A DNA stretch of 63,787 nt, filler included, from Octopus bimaculoides (lineage: Eukaryota), in assembly GCF_001194135.2 (NCBI RefSeq). It is 4 parts of 2 records of this genome, joined end to end, with 100 filler letters (N's around TTAATTAATTAA, not from the genome) between each part and the next. Parts side by side here need not be neighbours in the genome. Positions count along the whole stretch, not along the records: positions 35,717 to 63,787 come from NC_068982.1; 3 more parts are not named here. The stretch is one strand, 5' to 3'. The notes under the pieces were generated by a model. The model did not search any database and had not been told where the DNA came from. It was given only the letters and a program-made list of their open reading frames with translations. The stretch's first letter is position 1. Each line of letters begins with the position of its first letter. The position numbers were made by a program, and so were the translations under genes. Positions 50,769 to 63,560 of this stretch are shown in pieces.

Positions 50769-52529
50769 CACTGGTCTACAAGGTTTTTGGTGTTTAAGAA
50801 ATAGACATCATTCCTATACAAAATTGGTCTTCTGAATCCAAATATAACCTCCTTTTTGACCTATCAAGTCTAGTTTTTAAGTTATTGAGCTCTATAATCA
50901 TGTGGACGACTATTTTTGTAGCCTAAATTTGAAGGGTTATTTACCAGAAAAATCGACAAACACTTGTCTATCCTAATCTTGCCTCTGCTATTAGACTAGA
51001 TTCACGCAGTGAAGAGATTCCTCTTCCAGTCTTCAGTGTTTTGCTTCAGATAACTTTACCCTCAACCAAAGAAGATTTATCACCTGAAGATGACACTAGA
51101 GATCAAGTCTTTTCAATTGAGACTTTACCTCATCTATTCGCCCAGGTAGAGCTGAATGATCTAGTTTGTGACTTGAACCTCCCAAAAAGTTCTGCAGAAC
51201 TGTTGGCTTCTTGACTGAAAGAAGAATCTTCTAGAGAATGGTGTTTGTATAACTTTTTATCGGAGTTCCTTTCTTCACAAAAGAAAAGGAACTGGTTTAC
51301 TGCAGAGATGTCAGTGGGCTTCTTAATAAACTTAGCATTGAGTAATACAAACCAGAAGAATGGTGTCTTTTCATAGATAGCTCTAAGCACGGTTTAAAAT
51401 GTTGCACAATAGAAATGTGTATGGTTCTGTCCTGCTCGGCCATTCAAAAACTCTGAAGGGAAAATATGAAGAAATTAAATTGGTGTTAAAGAAGATACCG
51501 TATCATGATCATAAATGGGTTATCTGCATTTACTTGAAGATGGTAAATTTTCTCATGGGACAGCAATCTGGTTATACCAAATACCCATGCTTTCTTTGTA
51601 TGTGGGACAGTAGAGACCGAGTAAGCCACTATTTTAAGAAAGACTGGCCACCTTGAACAAATAAATATGACTCCATATAGAGCTGCCAATATATTGGAAG
51701 AACCCTTGGTTAAGCAAGATCAGATCATTTTCCCCACTTTGCTCATCAAACTCGGATTGATCAAACAATTTGTCAAAGCTTTTGACAAAAATGGAGAGTG
51801 CTTTAAGTATATCTGCAGTGTATTTCCAGACTTGATGGTTGAAAAACTTAAAACAGGGATTTTTGATGGACTACAGATCTGTAAGCTCTTGAAGGACACA
51901 AATTTTGTGAAAACGATGAGCGAAAATGAAGCATCAGCTTGGCTAGCCTTTGCAGAAGTAGTGCAAAATTTCCTTGGGAAACAACAAAAGTGAAAACTAT
52001 AAAGACCTTGTTACCAACTTGGTATCAATTTTTCATGATATTGGTGTGAATATGAGCATCAAAATGCCTTATCTTTTTAGTCATCTTGATTGTTCTGAAT
52101 ATCTTGGGGATGTTAATGATGAACAAGGCGAATGATTCCATCAGGACATCAAGGAGATGGAAACTCGGTACCAAGGACATTGGGACGCTGTGATAATGGC
52201 AGACTATTGCTGGTGTTTAAAATAAGATATTCATGGTGCGCAAAGAAGCATAAATTTATTCCTTGAGAATTTTCTCCCAAAGATCTTTGCCAATGTGTAT
52301 TTCTAATTTTGAATTTATATTTGTACTTTGTTTTGTGTTATGCTCTCTTAATTGATTCATATTATTTGCTACTTGTATGAATAAAATACTTATTCTATCA
52401 GGTCTAGTCAGAAAACTACACCTGATAGAGAAAAACTGAAGTTATTTCTGAATTTAGCAGGCAAAATCACTTATGAATTTATTGAAATATTCCAGGTACC
52501 AGACAAAAAAATTTTTTTGTTGCCCAGTG
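50769..52529 (+). mobile_element. Chapaev3-type (CMC superfamily) DNA transposon, decayed
   Basis: CACTGG...CCAGTG termini with TAA on both sides; ELNDLV, GQQSGYTKYPCFLCMWDSRD, IKLGLIKQFVKA, GIFDG, DEQGE..HQDIKEME, ADYCW. Confidence 0.85.
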
Positions 52530-52607
52530 TAATTTATCTATCCAGCTTGTTAATAATTATTAATTATAATTTAATTATAATTTACTGTATCCTATATTTT
52601 TGAACAG

Positions 52608-52678
52608 CCAATCCCGATGAGAACATAGTGAGCCGAGTTGAGTTTGATAAATTAAAGAAAACTATGGAAGCAATCCAG
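52608..52678 (+). CDS. GOLGA2: GM130 exon
   Basis: gaacAG / CAG|GTTAGT; NPDENIVSRVEFDKLKKTMEAIQ resembles HRALQGAMEKLQ; phase 1 to 0. Confidence 0.9.
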
Positions 52679-52710
52679 GTTAGTTGAAATTGAATAAAAT
52701 ATTTCCTCAC

Positions 52711-52849
52711 TTTTGAAATTTTTCGAATGAACCCTTGCTCCATATGCCTGTCATAGGCCTGATGGAATAGTCACTGATAGAACACTTTGATCTTAGGTTC
52801 AAGAAATCAAAGCTGATCTGGATATAAAGAGCAAACATCACTATTACCA
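52711..52849 (+). repeat. 139-bp direct repeat, copy 2
   Basis: Identical by eye to 50062-50200. Confidence 0.9.
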
Positions 52850-53781
52850 CTATTTCTGTGTATTTGTGTGACCTAGTTGGGTTGCTCTAATACAATTTAC
52901 AGCTGCTGAGTTCATGGACCCAATCACTATAAAATGGTTTTATACGTAAGATGTGACATAACCAGAGAGGTGCGGGAGAAAATGAGTTCAAAAAGATTAA
53001 GAGTAGATAAAATGTATTGCATTAGGTGTAACATAACCTAATATTAAGTTAAAAGTTATATTTAAATGTTGCTCCTGTTTACTTGATAGACAATGAGCTA
53101 CTATTTAGCCATTCAACTCAATGTGTCAAACAAAATTCTAGCAAAAAAAAATTCTTGCAAAAAAAACAAAAAAATAGGGACTGGTTATTTATATCTTATC
53201 AATTAGGACAGTATGGGCTGCTGCTGTAACAATGAGAGTTTTGGTGTATATTCTGCTGGCAACTTTAGGCTTTGATTCTAATTACTTGATAAGCTGACCT
53301 CCATATAACTGGTCCACTGAAACAGAGCTGACCAGAGTTACTCGGTAACATGTGATCTTAAGTTTCGTCGGCTGGTTGGTTTATATTTACCTGTCAAACA
53401 TTTACTTCAACAATCCTGAGAAATATTGAAGTTGGAAAACTATCTAAACAATGTCAGTATGATGAAAAAATTAAGCTAAGAATATATATTATGATCCACC
53501 AGCAAATATTTGGCTACTTATTGTATTCTTGATTTGTCTCTATCTCCTTTAGATTAACTTAGACAAATTTTTTTTTTATTTGGTGATGTTTATTAGCCCC
53601 AGCCAAGCATTCGATCAAAGGCACTCTAGTCATGAACATCTTATATTTTGGGGAATAACTTTTCTTAAATAAAAATTTGTATATTTCTAGGAAGTTGAGT
53701 GACTGCATAGAAGCTTTGTGAGAAATTAAAGGAGTGTGAGAATAAATCGTTTTTCTAAAAATGTTATACTTTCCATTACAG

Positions 53782-53884
53782 GAGAAATATACTCGAGCAA
53801 TGAGAGATAAAGCAGATCTATCTGACAAAGCTGACCAACTTGAACACTTGGTGCTGCAATTACAAGGGGAAACAGATACAATAG
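53782..53884 (+). CDS. GOLGA2: GM130 exon
   Basis: ttacAG / G|GTATGT; EKYTRAMRDKADLSDKADQLEHLVLQLQGETDTI resembles [28 protein letters not shown]; phase 0 to 1. Confidence 0.95.
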
Positions 53885-54784
53885 GTATGTAGCTGTTGAT
53901 CAGGTTTTGCAGCACAATGATGGGATTCATATCTTAGCTACTTCCCTTGAACCAGTCTATCTTTGTTGAATAGTCTATTCCTGTCTTGAAACTATTAGCA
54001 TAATTTTTCAGTTATTATATTTAATGTACCTCAGTCTACATATCTGTAAATATAGCACAGTTGTGGCTCTTCGATCAAGAAGCTTGTTTTGCTACCACAT
54101 GGTTCTGAATTCAATCCTTATTTCCTAATAAAGATTTGTCACTTAAATTGTCAACAAAGACTGTGACTGAAATTTTGTTGGTAAAAGCTGTGTGAAAGCT
54201 TATGTGTGCATGTTTATTTGTGGGATGATAAAAATTGTTGCATTGAGCAAAAGATACTTCGATATTTTTTGCAGTTTATGTTCCTGTATGCCAAGGTTGA
54301 CTTGTATTTTCTCTCTTATGGAATTGATAAAATAATTATTAGATAAAGTACTGGGGTTGATATAATTGATTAAAATCCTGAAAGTAGTTTCCTAGTGTGA
54401 CCCTAGGCCAATAACTATAACTGATGAAAATATAAAAGTAAGTGCCTCTTATACATTACAGCTATACCTGGTAATAAAAACATATGACGGTAAATCTCCT
54501 ACAACCAGTAGTTTATATGTACAGTAGTTAGGGTTCATATGTACAGTAGTTCACAATACAGTTCCATTTATATTTGGAGAGCAGTTCTGTGATGAGGAAA
54601 CTATCACATATTTGTTCAATTGATATTTCTGTAAACTAAATGAGTAAACAAAAGAAAGGAAATAAAGTATCTTGAAGTTGGTAGATCAGAATCTTAAGTT
54701 CTTGGGGGGTTTTTTCTTCTTTCAATTTCTTTGATTTTTCTTTTGTGTTCTGCTGATTTCAATATAATTACTGTGATGTTTCAG

Positions 54785-54891
54785 GAGAGTATATTTCTCT
54801 CTACCATCACCAAAGAGCCTTATTACAGCAACGAGAATTCCAGAAGAATGATTATATTTCTCGACTATCCAAAGACAGAGAAGAATTACAG
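54785..54891 (+). CDS. GOLGA2: GM130 exon
   Basis: tttcAG / CAG|GTATGT; GEYISLYHHQRALLQQREFQKNDYISRLSKDREELQ resembles [36 protein letters not shown]; phase 1 to 0. Confidence 0.95.
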
Positions 54892-56996
54892 GTATGTTCT
54901 TAAATTGTTTTTTTAATGCTCCCTACCTTTTGACTTAATCAGTCTGTGTTTGAGTTGGTACCTTTTGATTGTTATTGATTTAAAAAATTTTTCATTCCCT
55001 GTTTAATTTGAAACTCACATATGTTCCATGAGCCATCATTATGATTTTCATATCCACTTTTCCATGCTTGTGTGAGTTGGATGGGTCCTTTCCAACACAG
55101 TATTGCAACAACCACTTGTGTTCTTTGTCATCTCCTACATAAGATTCAGCATCTTAAGATCAATTTTCACTGCTCCTGCTTAGGTCTTCAACTTCCACAG
55201 TTTCCTTTCACTTAAATCTTCTGACTCATCTTTATCCAACTAGAGCCCAGCCCCAGTTGCCTAACTCATCTTGCTTTCTGCAGGTTATCATATAGAAACT
55301 TCCAGTTGTCCTCTATGTCATAGGCCTCTGTATTCTCCTTGTTAGAGATGTCACTTTTTATTTTAACTTGATGGGTTTGAGGAAGACACAATTCTTGCAA
55401 CTGAGTGCACCCCATTAAGGGTGCTTAAGATGTCAGATGGGGATGTTAAACTTGTGATGATTTATGTCTATCATCCAAGTAGGCCATGGCATAATTAGGA
55501 CTCGGAATACAAAGAGCTGGAACATAATGCAAAGGTTCTGATTCAATATTCTTAACAGTTCTGCCAAGTTACCATCCAGGATTGAAACATTTTTTATCCA
55601 CTTCAACGGGAGAAAGGCAAACTTGACTTCAGCTGGATTTAAACTCAGTGTTGAGTCAATTAGTATTTGCCATTTTAGTATCAGTTTGGTTATGGACCAT
55701 CACTGCACATCACCATAAGTTGATTTATCAATTGCACTGGTTAAACTGGGTGGTGATGTTGCTTGCAAAGTTGATGACATGTAACTAAGGATAGGAATGA
55801 AGCCAGTTGTGAAGAATATGTCCTAGCACAGCTACACTAGGAAACTCTTGTATTCTGAGCCTCTGTGTGAGTGCTCGACTTGCTAGAAACTGTAGCTAAA
55901 TCACCCTTTAATCACACCCTATTATCTTAAAAAAGGAATGTCTTATCAGATAAAATCATTATAGATATATGAAAAGATAAGATGGTCTTCTCAGTTAGAG
56001 TAGGTTTGGGCTAAATGGGAATTCCATTCTTTAGGTTTTATAATTACACCTCTTCTTACTTTATCATCTGAACAGAAATTTCGTGACCAACAAATCTAGT
56101 CTAACATGTGTTTCTCATATCCTGCTTGGATCAATACATGGTGAACAGCTGTTGAGATTACTTATTGTGAAAGTAGGTCTAGAATGAATGTAAACTGCTG
56201 ATAGTTGCAAAAACATATTCTGTGGGTCAGTACTACTCTCTCAATAATCCTTTCATTAACTCTTTATCATAGCAGCTGTCAATATTTCTTTTTTTTTTAA
56301 TGGCTGCAAGAGAATCCTTTCATTGTGGTTTTATATATGTCTTCCATGCTGATAAGGGTTGAATGATGTGCTCCTCTACTCTAGACAGAGTAGAGGAGCA
56401 CTTCTTGCTGATGGAGTGGTTGGTGTTAGGAAGTGTACTGGGATAAAATACCCCCAGTACCATGCACTGCAGGCATTTTATCAACGTACAAGCATTAGAA
56501 TGGTTGTCACATCTTTGGTAAGACTACAGGGACATCTTGAACCCACATCTCTGATTGCTTTTCTGTGTCTTGGGTGGAATCATAATGGCACTAACACATG
56601 TGAAGTTGTCTTATAAGTCATAAAATAAGAAATATTTATGGAAATACTTTTCATGTCCAGATCCCTTTTATTTTGTCCTTCGCTTTATCATTCCACTGTA
56701 CGGCACATTGGGCCAAGTGTTTTCTATTAGAGTCCCAGGCTGACCAAAGCCTTTTGAGTGGATTTTGTTGACAGAAGCTGAAAGAAGCCCATCACACACA
56801 CACACGAAGTGTGGTTGGCAACAGAAAAGGCAGCTGGCTGTAGAAAACAAGATTCCATCTGATTCATGCAAGCATGGAAAAGTGGATGTTAAATAATGCT
56901 CATATTGTTTATATAGAGTAATGACAAGAAGTATTAGAGTTTTTTTAAAATTAAAAGATATATATTAATTCAACTTTTATGTATGTATTTTTGAAG

Positions 56997-57195
56997 GGTA
57001 AGCTAGCCAAACTACAAGGACTTGTGATGCAAATGTTGCACAATAAAGGCAGTCTATCAAATGCAAGAATAAATGACACTTTACTGTCCAAGGATTATCA
57101 GAACAGTGAAGATAGCAATGTAAACCATTCAAATGATATTCAACCCCACCTACATGGTGCTACAGTTATGAACGGGCTTAGTAAATATCCAGAAG
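56997..57195 (+). CDS. GOLGA2: GM130 exon
   Basis: ttgaAG / G|GTGAGA; GKLAKLQGLVMQML resembles KVKLLELQELVLRL, followed by a low-conservation linker; phase 0 to 1. Confidence 0.9.
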
Positions 57196-57637
57196 GTGAG
57201 AATTAATTATTCTATCTACATTTTCAACTACGATTGCATGTTTCTTTTCTTATCTTGTCCTGATAATTAAAAACTTTCTTTCTCTTAGATTGACATTTAT
57301 ATGATCAGCATTTAAATATGCTGATATTTTAAGGGAGACAACCTTGAAGAAATTTTATATTTCCTCTAAAGTTATGTCCCTTGTTTCATATAAAACTTTA
57401 AAACAAAATTAGTTTCGGTGTAAATCTCGATGCCTAAAATCTGAACCTCTATACTGTTTACGCCGAGTCAGTACTAGTTTGATGCATAGTTTTTCAGAAA
57501 GTTTTGGAAAGAAGTTCATTAAAAAACCTTGATCCAGGCAACTTTTTATATTTAATATATTGGATAATTTAAAAAAAAAAATAAATGCAAATTTTTCATA
57601 AAGATGTTTGAATAAATAAAACTTTTCCTTTTTCCAG

Positions 57638-57972
57638 ATTGGCCAGACTACAGCAGCACTAATTCATCTGAAAGTGTAGTCGAGGCTATTGTAGCAGGTG
57701 AATCAATGGAACATATAGCTGATTTGCCAGAAGACCAGGTTTTTAAATCACAGCTTGAGAAAAATGCGGATCTGTCACCAGTGCCTCTTCGTAATACATC
57801 TAAATCTGAACAATTACTTCAAAAATGTAACATAGAAGAAGATAACCCCACTGCAAGAAAGATATTGGATTTATTTTCCGAAATAGACAGCAACTTATGT
57901 GATGCTGTTCCATATGGTGGTCGCAAGTTCTTGCCCTGTAAATACTGTAAGGGCATTGTAAAAGATGTATAG
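57638..57972 (+). CDS. GOLGA2: GM130 terminal coding exon (GM130 C-terminal, GRASP65-binding region)
   Basis: tttccAG acceptor; DNPTARKILDLFSEI resembles HPTAQQIMQLLREM; ends PCKYCKGIVKDV-TAG. The 12 exons total 1761 nt = 586 aa + stop with all phases consistent. Confidence 0.95.
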
Positions 57973-58145
57973 TTTTATGTTTCAAGTCACAAGACTACAT
58001 TATGTTTATTACTGTATATTATATATACAATATGTATTATAAACAGGAGCCATACAAGGATGCCTATTCTATTGGCTGAATGTTATAGGGTGTTACTGGA
58101 TTTGTTATTGATTAAAAGACGGCTGTTATAAGATGAATGACTAAG

Positions 58146-58151
58146 AATAAA
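58146..58151 (+). promoter_or_regulatory. Candidate proximal polyadenylation signal of GM130
   Basis: First AATAAA after the stop codon (about 175 nt downstream); more occur near 59.2 kb, so the true 3' end is not determined. Confidence 0.35.
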
Positions 58152-58234
58152 TTGCACACATTAATATTGGATCTCTTGCTATTTATTTAAATTTTCCTTA
58201 CTTTCAAATTCTAGTTTTATTATATTCATTGTAA

Positions 58235-58640
58235 GGGTGGCAAGCTGGTAGAATCATTAGCATTTTGGACTAAATGCTTAGCAACATTTCTTCTGGTTCT
58301 TTGCATTCTGAGTTCAAATCCTACTGATGTCAACTTTGCCTTTCATCTTTCAGAGGTTCATAAAATAAGTACCAGTCAAGTACTGGGGTTGATGTAATTA
58401 GTTAACCCCTGCCCTCTCAAACTGTGGCCTTGTGCCAACATTTGACAGAAAAATGTGGCAAGGTGGCAGAATTGTCAACAAGCTGAACAAAATGCATAGT
58501 GGTATTTCTTCCAGCTTTACATTCTGAGTTCAAATGCTGCAGAGGTCAATAAGAAAGTACCAGTTGAGTACTGGAATTGATGTAGTTGATTTAGCTTCTT
58601 CCCCTAAAGTTGCTGGCCTAGTGCCAAAATTTGAAACCAT
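58235..58640 (+). mobile_element. Two tandem CpG-decayed group M SINEs downstream of the GM130 stop
   Basis: ggtggcaagctggtagaatcattagc and gtggcaaggtggcagaattgtcaac heads. Confidence 0.8.
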
Positions 58641-61600
58641 TATATAGATTATAAGGTCATTGGGAAATATCTTACTGTGATATGGGTTAACATTTAGTTT
58701 AGCCGATTATTGTTTTCAAAAATATAGTCTTGAGTGCATGAAGATGGAAATTTTAGTATTTTTGTTATAGGAATAGCAAGAGTTGATAATTGTTTTTATT
58801 TTGTGTAGCATGTTTCAAGGATTGCATCTCTGCAGTTATTGGTTAGTGGCAACTTAGAGGTTTAGAACAAGTTAAAAGCAAAGAAAGAAGACAGATTTAG
58901 TTTTATCATGAACAATGTATGAGTGACTGTAAACGTTTTTTTAAATAAAAAAAAAAGCTCTGAATATGATTCAATTGACATCTTCATTTTACCTTAGTCC
59001 ATTATAAATATTTCCATTTATGAAAAATGGTCTTATTGTTATACTGTCTTTTTTGGTTCTAGTAGTTTGGAAGTTGTAAAGCTTATGAAGGAAAACATTG
59101 TTAGCTCAAATGATTCAGTATATAACTAATTTTATTTACATTCAGTCTCAGTTGAAATATTTAACATCTGATCTATTATTTGATTTCTATTTATTGGTCA
59201 TATAGTGTTCAATAATAAAATTTCCCTCAGTGATAATCTTTTGCATTAAATAAATGATAATAATTATAGAATATGGAATTTCTCAAATACTATTTTTCCA
59301 CTGAAGAATGTTTTGATAATTTAATTCATTTAATCAATATATTAAAATTTTGATAAAAAAGTAATAATAAAAAGTAAACAAAATAAACTTATTTGCTTTG
59401 TTTGTTGTTAACCAGTTTTAATTGGTTAGGTCTTAGTCAAAATGTCTAATAAATAATCAAATAAACAACCTAATAAATTTGAATGCAATTATTAAGTAAA
59501 TTCTATGTAGTTAATATTTTGATGATCGGATCACTCCTATTAGCAAGCAATCACTATATATATATTAAAAATATTTTATGAGTACAGACATAGCTGTATG
59601 GTTAAGTTTGTTTAATAACCACTGGGCTCCCAGTTCAATCCTGTTGTGTGGCACTTTCAGTAAATGCCTATCACCATAGTTTCAGGTTGACCAATACTTT
59701 GGGAGTATAATTTGTTCGAGAGAAACTGAAGCCTTTCTTATATGTTATGTATGTGTATATTTTTCATCAATAAGAAAAAAAATTAAAATAAAAAGGTCCT
59801 TCCAAATAAAATAATCTGTGTGATATTTTATCCTAGTTGTACTGAAATCCATTGTCACTCTTGCTGCCAGAATGCACTGAACCAGTGATTATCCTGTTGG
59901 AAACCTATAACCAACATAGCAATGTTATTTACAGATTACCATTATTTTCAACATTCACTTTTCTGTGGTTGCATAGGTCAGATAGAATGTGTTGAAGCAG
60001 TCATTTTTACTTTTGAATACTCTTCCTGTCACCAACCCTCACCTGCTTGTATGATAGTGACACTAGTTTACAAATATGCTATATCTAGACAAGGAGACAT
60101 ACACACATATGACAGGCTTCTTTCAGTTTCCATCTTACTAAATCCACTCATGAGGTTTAGGTTGACCTGGGATTATAGAAGTCATTTGCCTAAGGTGCCA
60201 TTTAGTGCTACTTAATCCCAAACCATGTGGTTGGGATGCAAACCTCATAACTATCCTTGCATCAGAACATAATATAAAATATATTGAGATTAATAATTGC
60301 TATCAGGTAATTTTTTAAAACAAAAGCACTTTCAACATATTCTTTATTTCAGATAAAATATTTTTGAATTATTTTATTTTTCATTTGTTCTTAATTTGGT
60401 TGTATTATCATCTGAGTAAGTGGCTTAGCAGTATTGTTAGGGCATTAGAAAGATGCGTTGTGGTTCTTTACATTCTGAATTCAAATTCTAGCATAATCAC
60501 CTTTGCCTTTCATTCTTTTGGGAGTTAATAAAATAAAATACTAGTCAAGTACTGTGTTAATTGAATAAACCTTCCCTTTAGAATTTCTGGCATTATGCCT
60601 AAAATTAGAAACCATTATCAAATGGTTTTAGGTATATTGACAATACATTGTTGTTTATTCTCTCTCTCTCACTGTATTTGGGGGCAAAGAGGAAGCCTTT
60701 ATTTGATCTCTTAGCCTGCTAGAAATCCCAGCCAATTCATATTACATCATACAATCTTGAATATTGGCCTCTGATATTTATTAAAATTGTTTATACAAAA
60801 GGACAGCAGGTCACACCAGAAACATATTTGATTGACAATCTGATTGGTCAAAGCTAATTCAGGGCTTAAATAAAACAATATTCACTTATTAATAAAATCC
60901 CTTGATCTCCATCTAGTGAGGTAAGGTTTGATATGCTAGAAATAATCAGGCAAAAATGGATGACAATTGCTTAATTTGCTGCACAGTGGAACTGAACCTG
61001 GGAATATATAGTTGTAAAGCAAACTTTTTAGCCATACAGCTATGATTGCACTTTGTGTGTGTGTGTGTGTGTAGGAATATAAGTTGCACACACTTGATAA
61101 TATGGACACTGAATTGTGTGTGACCTGAAACATTGAACTACAATATTATAACAATATATATTCTTCATTCTATATAGATATTTGACTGAATTTATAAAAT
61201 TTAATCAAGTTATCAACAAATATATATCGAATTTCATGGGTCACTGAAAGAGCTTCCTTGTAGTTGCTCAATTTGGTAGCCTTCAAATCTTATCCAACTC
61301 TCATAAAGAAACAATGCTGTAAAGTGGTTCACATTAAGAAAGGCATCTAGCCATAGGAAACCATGCCAAACAGACAGTGGAGCATGCTGCAGTCTTTGGG
61401 ACCCATTGAACCCTGTCAAACCATCCAACTCATGCCAACATGGAATATGAACTTTTAAATGATTATATTGAACAGCATAATTCTGGACATATCCCTAAAA
61501 AGAAAGAAAAAAAAAAGACAGGGTGGTCATGATTGGAATGTCTCTTGTCATAGATATACTTAACCAGGGTTAGCTTGGGTTTAAACTACAAAAATAACCG

Positions 61601-62122
61601 TATTTGCCTAAAGTCAAGTATTATCAAACTAGGTTGGTACTTAATGTATGTCCCAGAAACGTCTCAAAACTAATCAGAGGGGAAACACTAAGCACAGGAT
61701 TGGCTGTATGAAGTTATAAAAGCTTTGTACCATACTTCAGACACATGAAGGAGTGGCTTTCAATGACAACAAAAGAAGGAACTGATAAAATTACTTTATT
61801 TCCTTTCAGGTGCAGTTTTTCTCCACTTATGTTTGAAACTTCCTCTTTATAAGTCTTTATTTTTTCTTTTCCCCTTGTCAATATAAAGTCCATTGTAATG
61901 TCGGGTAGCCTTGATGTAAATCCTGTGAAATGCGGAAGAATTTGGTTTAGGGATTGAATGACTATCCTTTGGACTTACCTATGACTATATTGGTTAAATG
62001 TTACACTAACTCTTTTGATATCAAACATCCTGAGGTCAGTACCATCTTAAGGTATGGAAACACTGGGTAGTTGCCCAGGGTTGGGTGGGGTTGGGCAGGG
62101 AGCTGCTTTCATGAATCTAAAG

Positions 62123-62752
62123 CAGTGTTTCTCAATCGTTTTGCTTGTGAACCCTTTTGATTCGTATTTTACTCTACCAGACCCCCATAGACATTTGATG
62201 TTTAAAAAAAAAGTCCCATTACATTTTTATAATTAAGTAGTATTATGAATTGTGTAAAAAAATATTTTGTGGTTTTTAGAAATATACCCAATGTATTGCA
62301 TATAAATTATGACAGTGGAGGCGCAATGGCCTAGTGGTTAGGGCAGCGGACTCGCGGTCATAGGATCGCGGTTTTGATTCCCAGACTGGGCGTTGTGAGT
62401 GTTTATTGAGCGAAAACACCTAAAAGCTCCACGATGCTCTGGCAGGGAATGGTGGCGAACCCTGCTGTACTCTTTCACCACAACTTTCTCTCACTCTTAC
62501 TTCCTGTTTCTGTTGTGCCTGTAATTCAAAGGGTCAGCCTTGTCACACTGTGTCACGCTGAATATCCCCGAGAACTACATTAAGAGTACACGTGTCTGTG
62601 GAGTACTCAGCCACTTGCACATTAATTTCATGAGCTGGCTGTTCCGTTGATCGGATCAACTGGAACCCTTGACGTCGTAAGCGACAGAGGGCCAACACAC
62701 AACACAAATTTTGACAGCAAAATCTTATGTGAACCCTGGTTGAGAAGCACTG
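62123..62752. mobile_element. hAT (Charlie-like) MITE with nested SINE
   Basis: CAGTGTTTCTCAA / TTGAGAAGCACTG; 8-bp flanks atctaaag / gcctaaag. Confidence 0.8.
62316..62705 (+). mobile_element. Full-length tRNA-derived SINE, group R (my label; tRNA-Arg-like head)
   Basis: A box tggcctagtggtt and B box ggttttgattccc; (CAA)-type tail; 12-bp TSD aaatt(a/t)tgacag. Confidence 0.9.
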
Positions 62753-63289
62753 GCCTAAAGGCTCAATTCTGATCAATGTTTGCTGTCATACTGTCAATAA
62801 ATAAATAAATTCTACAGGGCCAGTGCATTGATTTACCCTGGGGCTTACGCTGCTGCTTAGATGACTTTGCTTGAGACCACCCCTGGTTCTATGCGACAAA
62901 CTTCCTGTTTTAAAGAGAGCCAGGTTAAATCCTTCCATTAGAATTTCATGTTAATTTATCTTTCAAACACCTGCTTAATGGTAATAGAGTTACTTTGCTA
63001 AATTCTTCATTATTTTCAAAAGTAATTGAAACATGGTGTATTTCAATAGAAATAAGGTAACAAAATAGTTAAAAGGACAAATGACTCTGCAAGCCTATGA
63101 GGGTGCTTCTATGTAGTTATTTGACCTGTTGTTAGAAGTAACAGTCAAACATTCCTCAATGCACGCCCTATCCTCTTTGGGAAAAAAAAAGGGGGTGGGG
63201 AGACATTAGATCAAGTTGTGATATATCACAAACACTGAAATGCCGTCAGTATAAAAGGTAAAGTGCTTACACACCAAACAACAAATGTA

Positions 63290-63560
63290 AATGTGTTGAA
63301 AGAAAAATTGGGCAAAAGAGACATCAGATGTGAGAAGGGAGAAGAGTGTGCAAGCATGGTTTTGTTAAGCATATTAGATGAGGACAACTACATAAAGAAG
63401 TGCTGATTGCTATATGTGGATGGAACCTGTGGAAGAAAGTAGTAACATATGACTTCCAGATTTTGAACTTCACACAGGAAATAACAAAGGACCAGGAGGG
63501 TCAGTGATTTGCTGTGCTTGATGAAAACACATCTCTCTCAGCAAAAGAGAGGCCCTAATA
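63290..63560 (+). mobile_element. Old, decayed RTE C-terminal fragment
   Basis: EKLGKRDIRC...YVDGTCGR remnant of the RTE ORF end. Confidence 0.5.

Noticed and set aside
62316-62390. tRNA-like A and B boxes (also at other SINE heads)
   Set aside because: They continue into multi-copy SINE bodies and lack a closed acceptor stem, so they are not tRNA genes.
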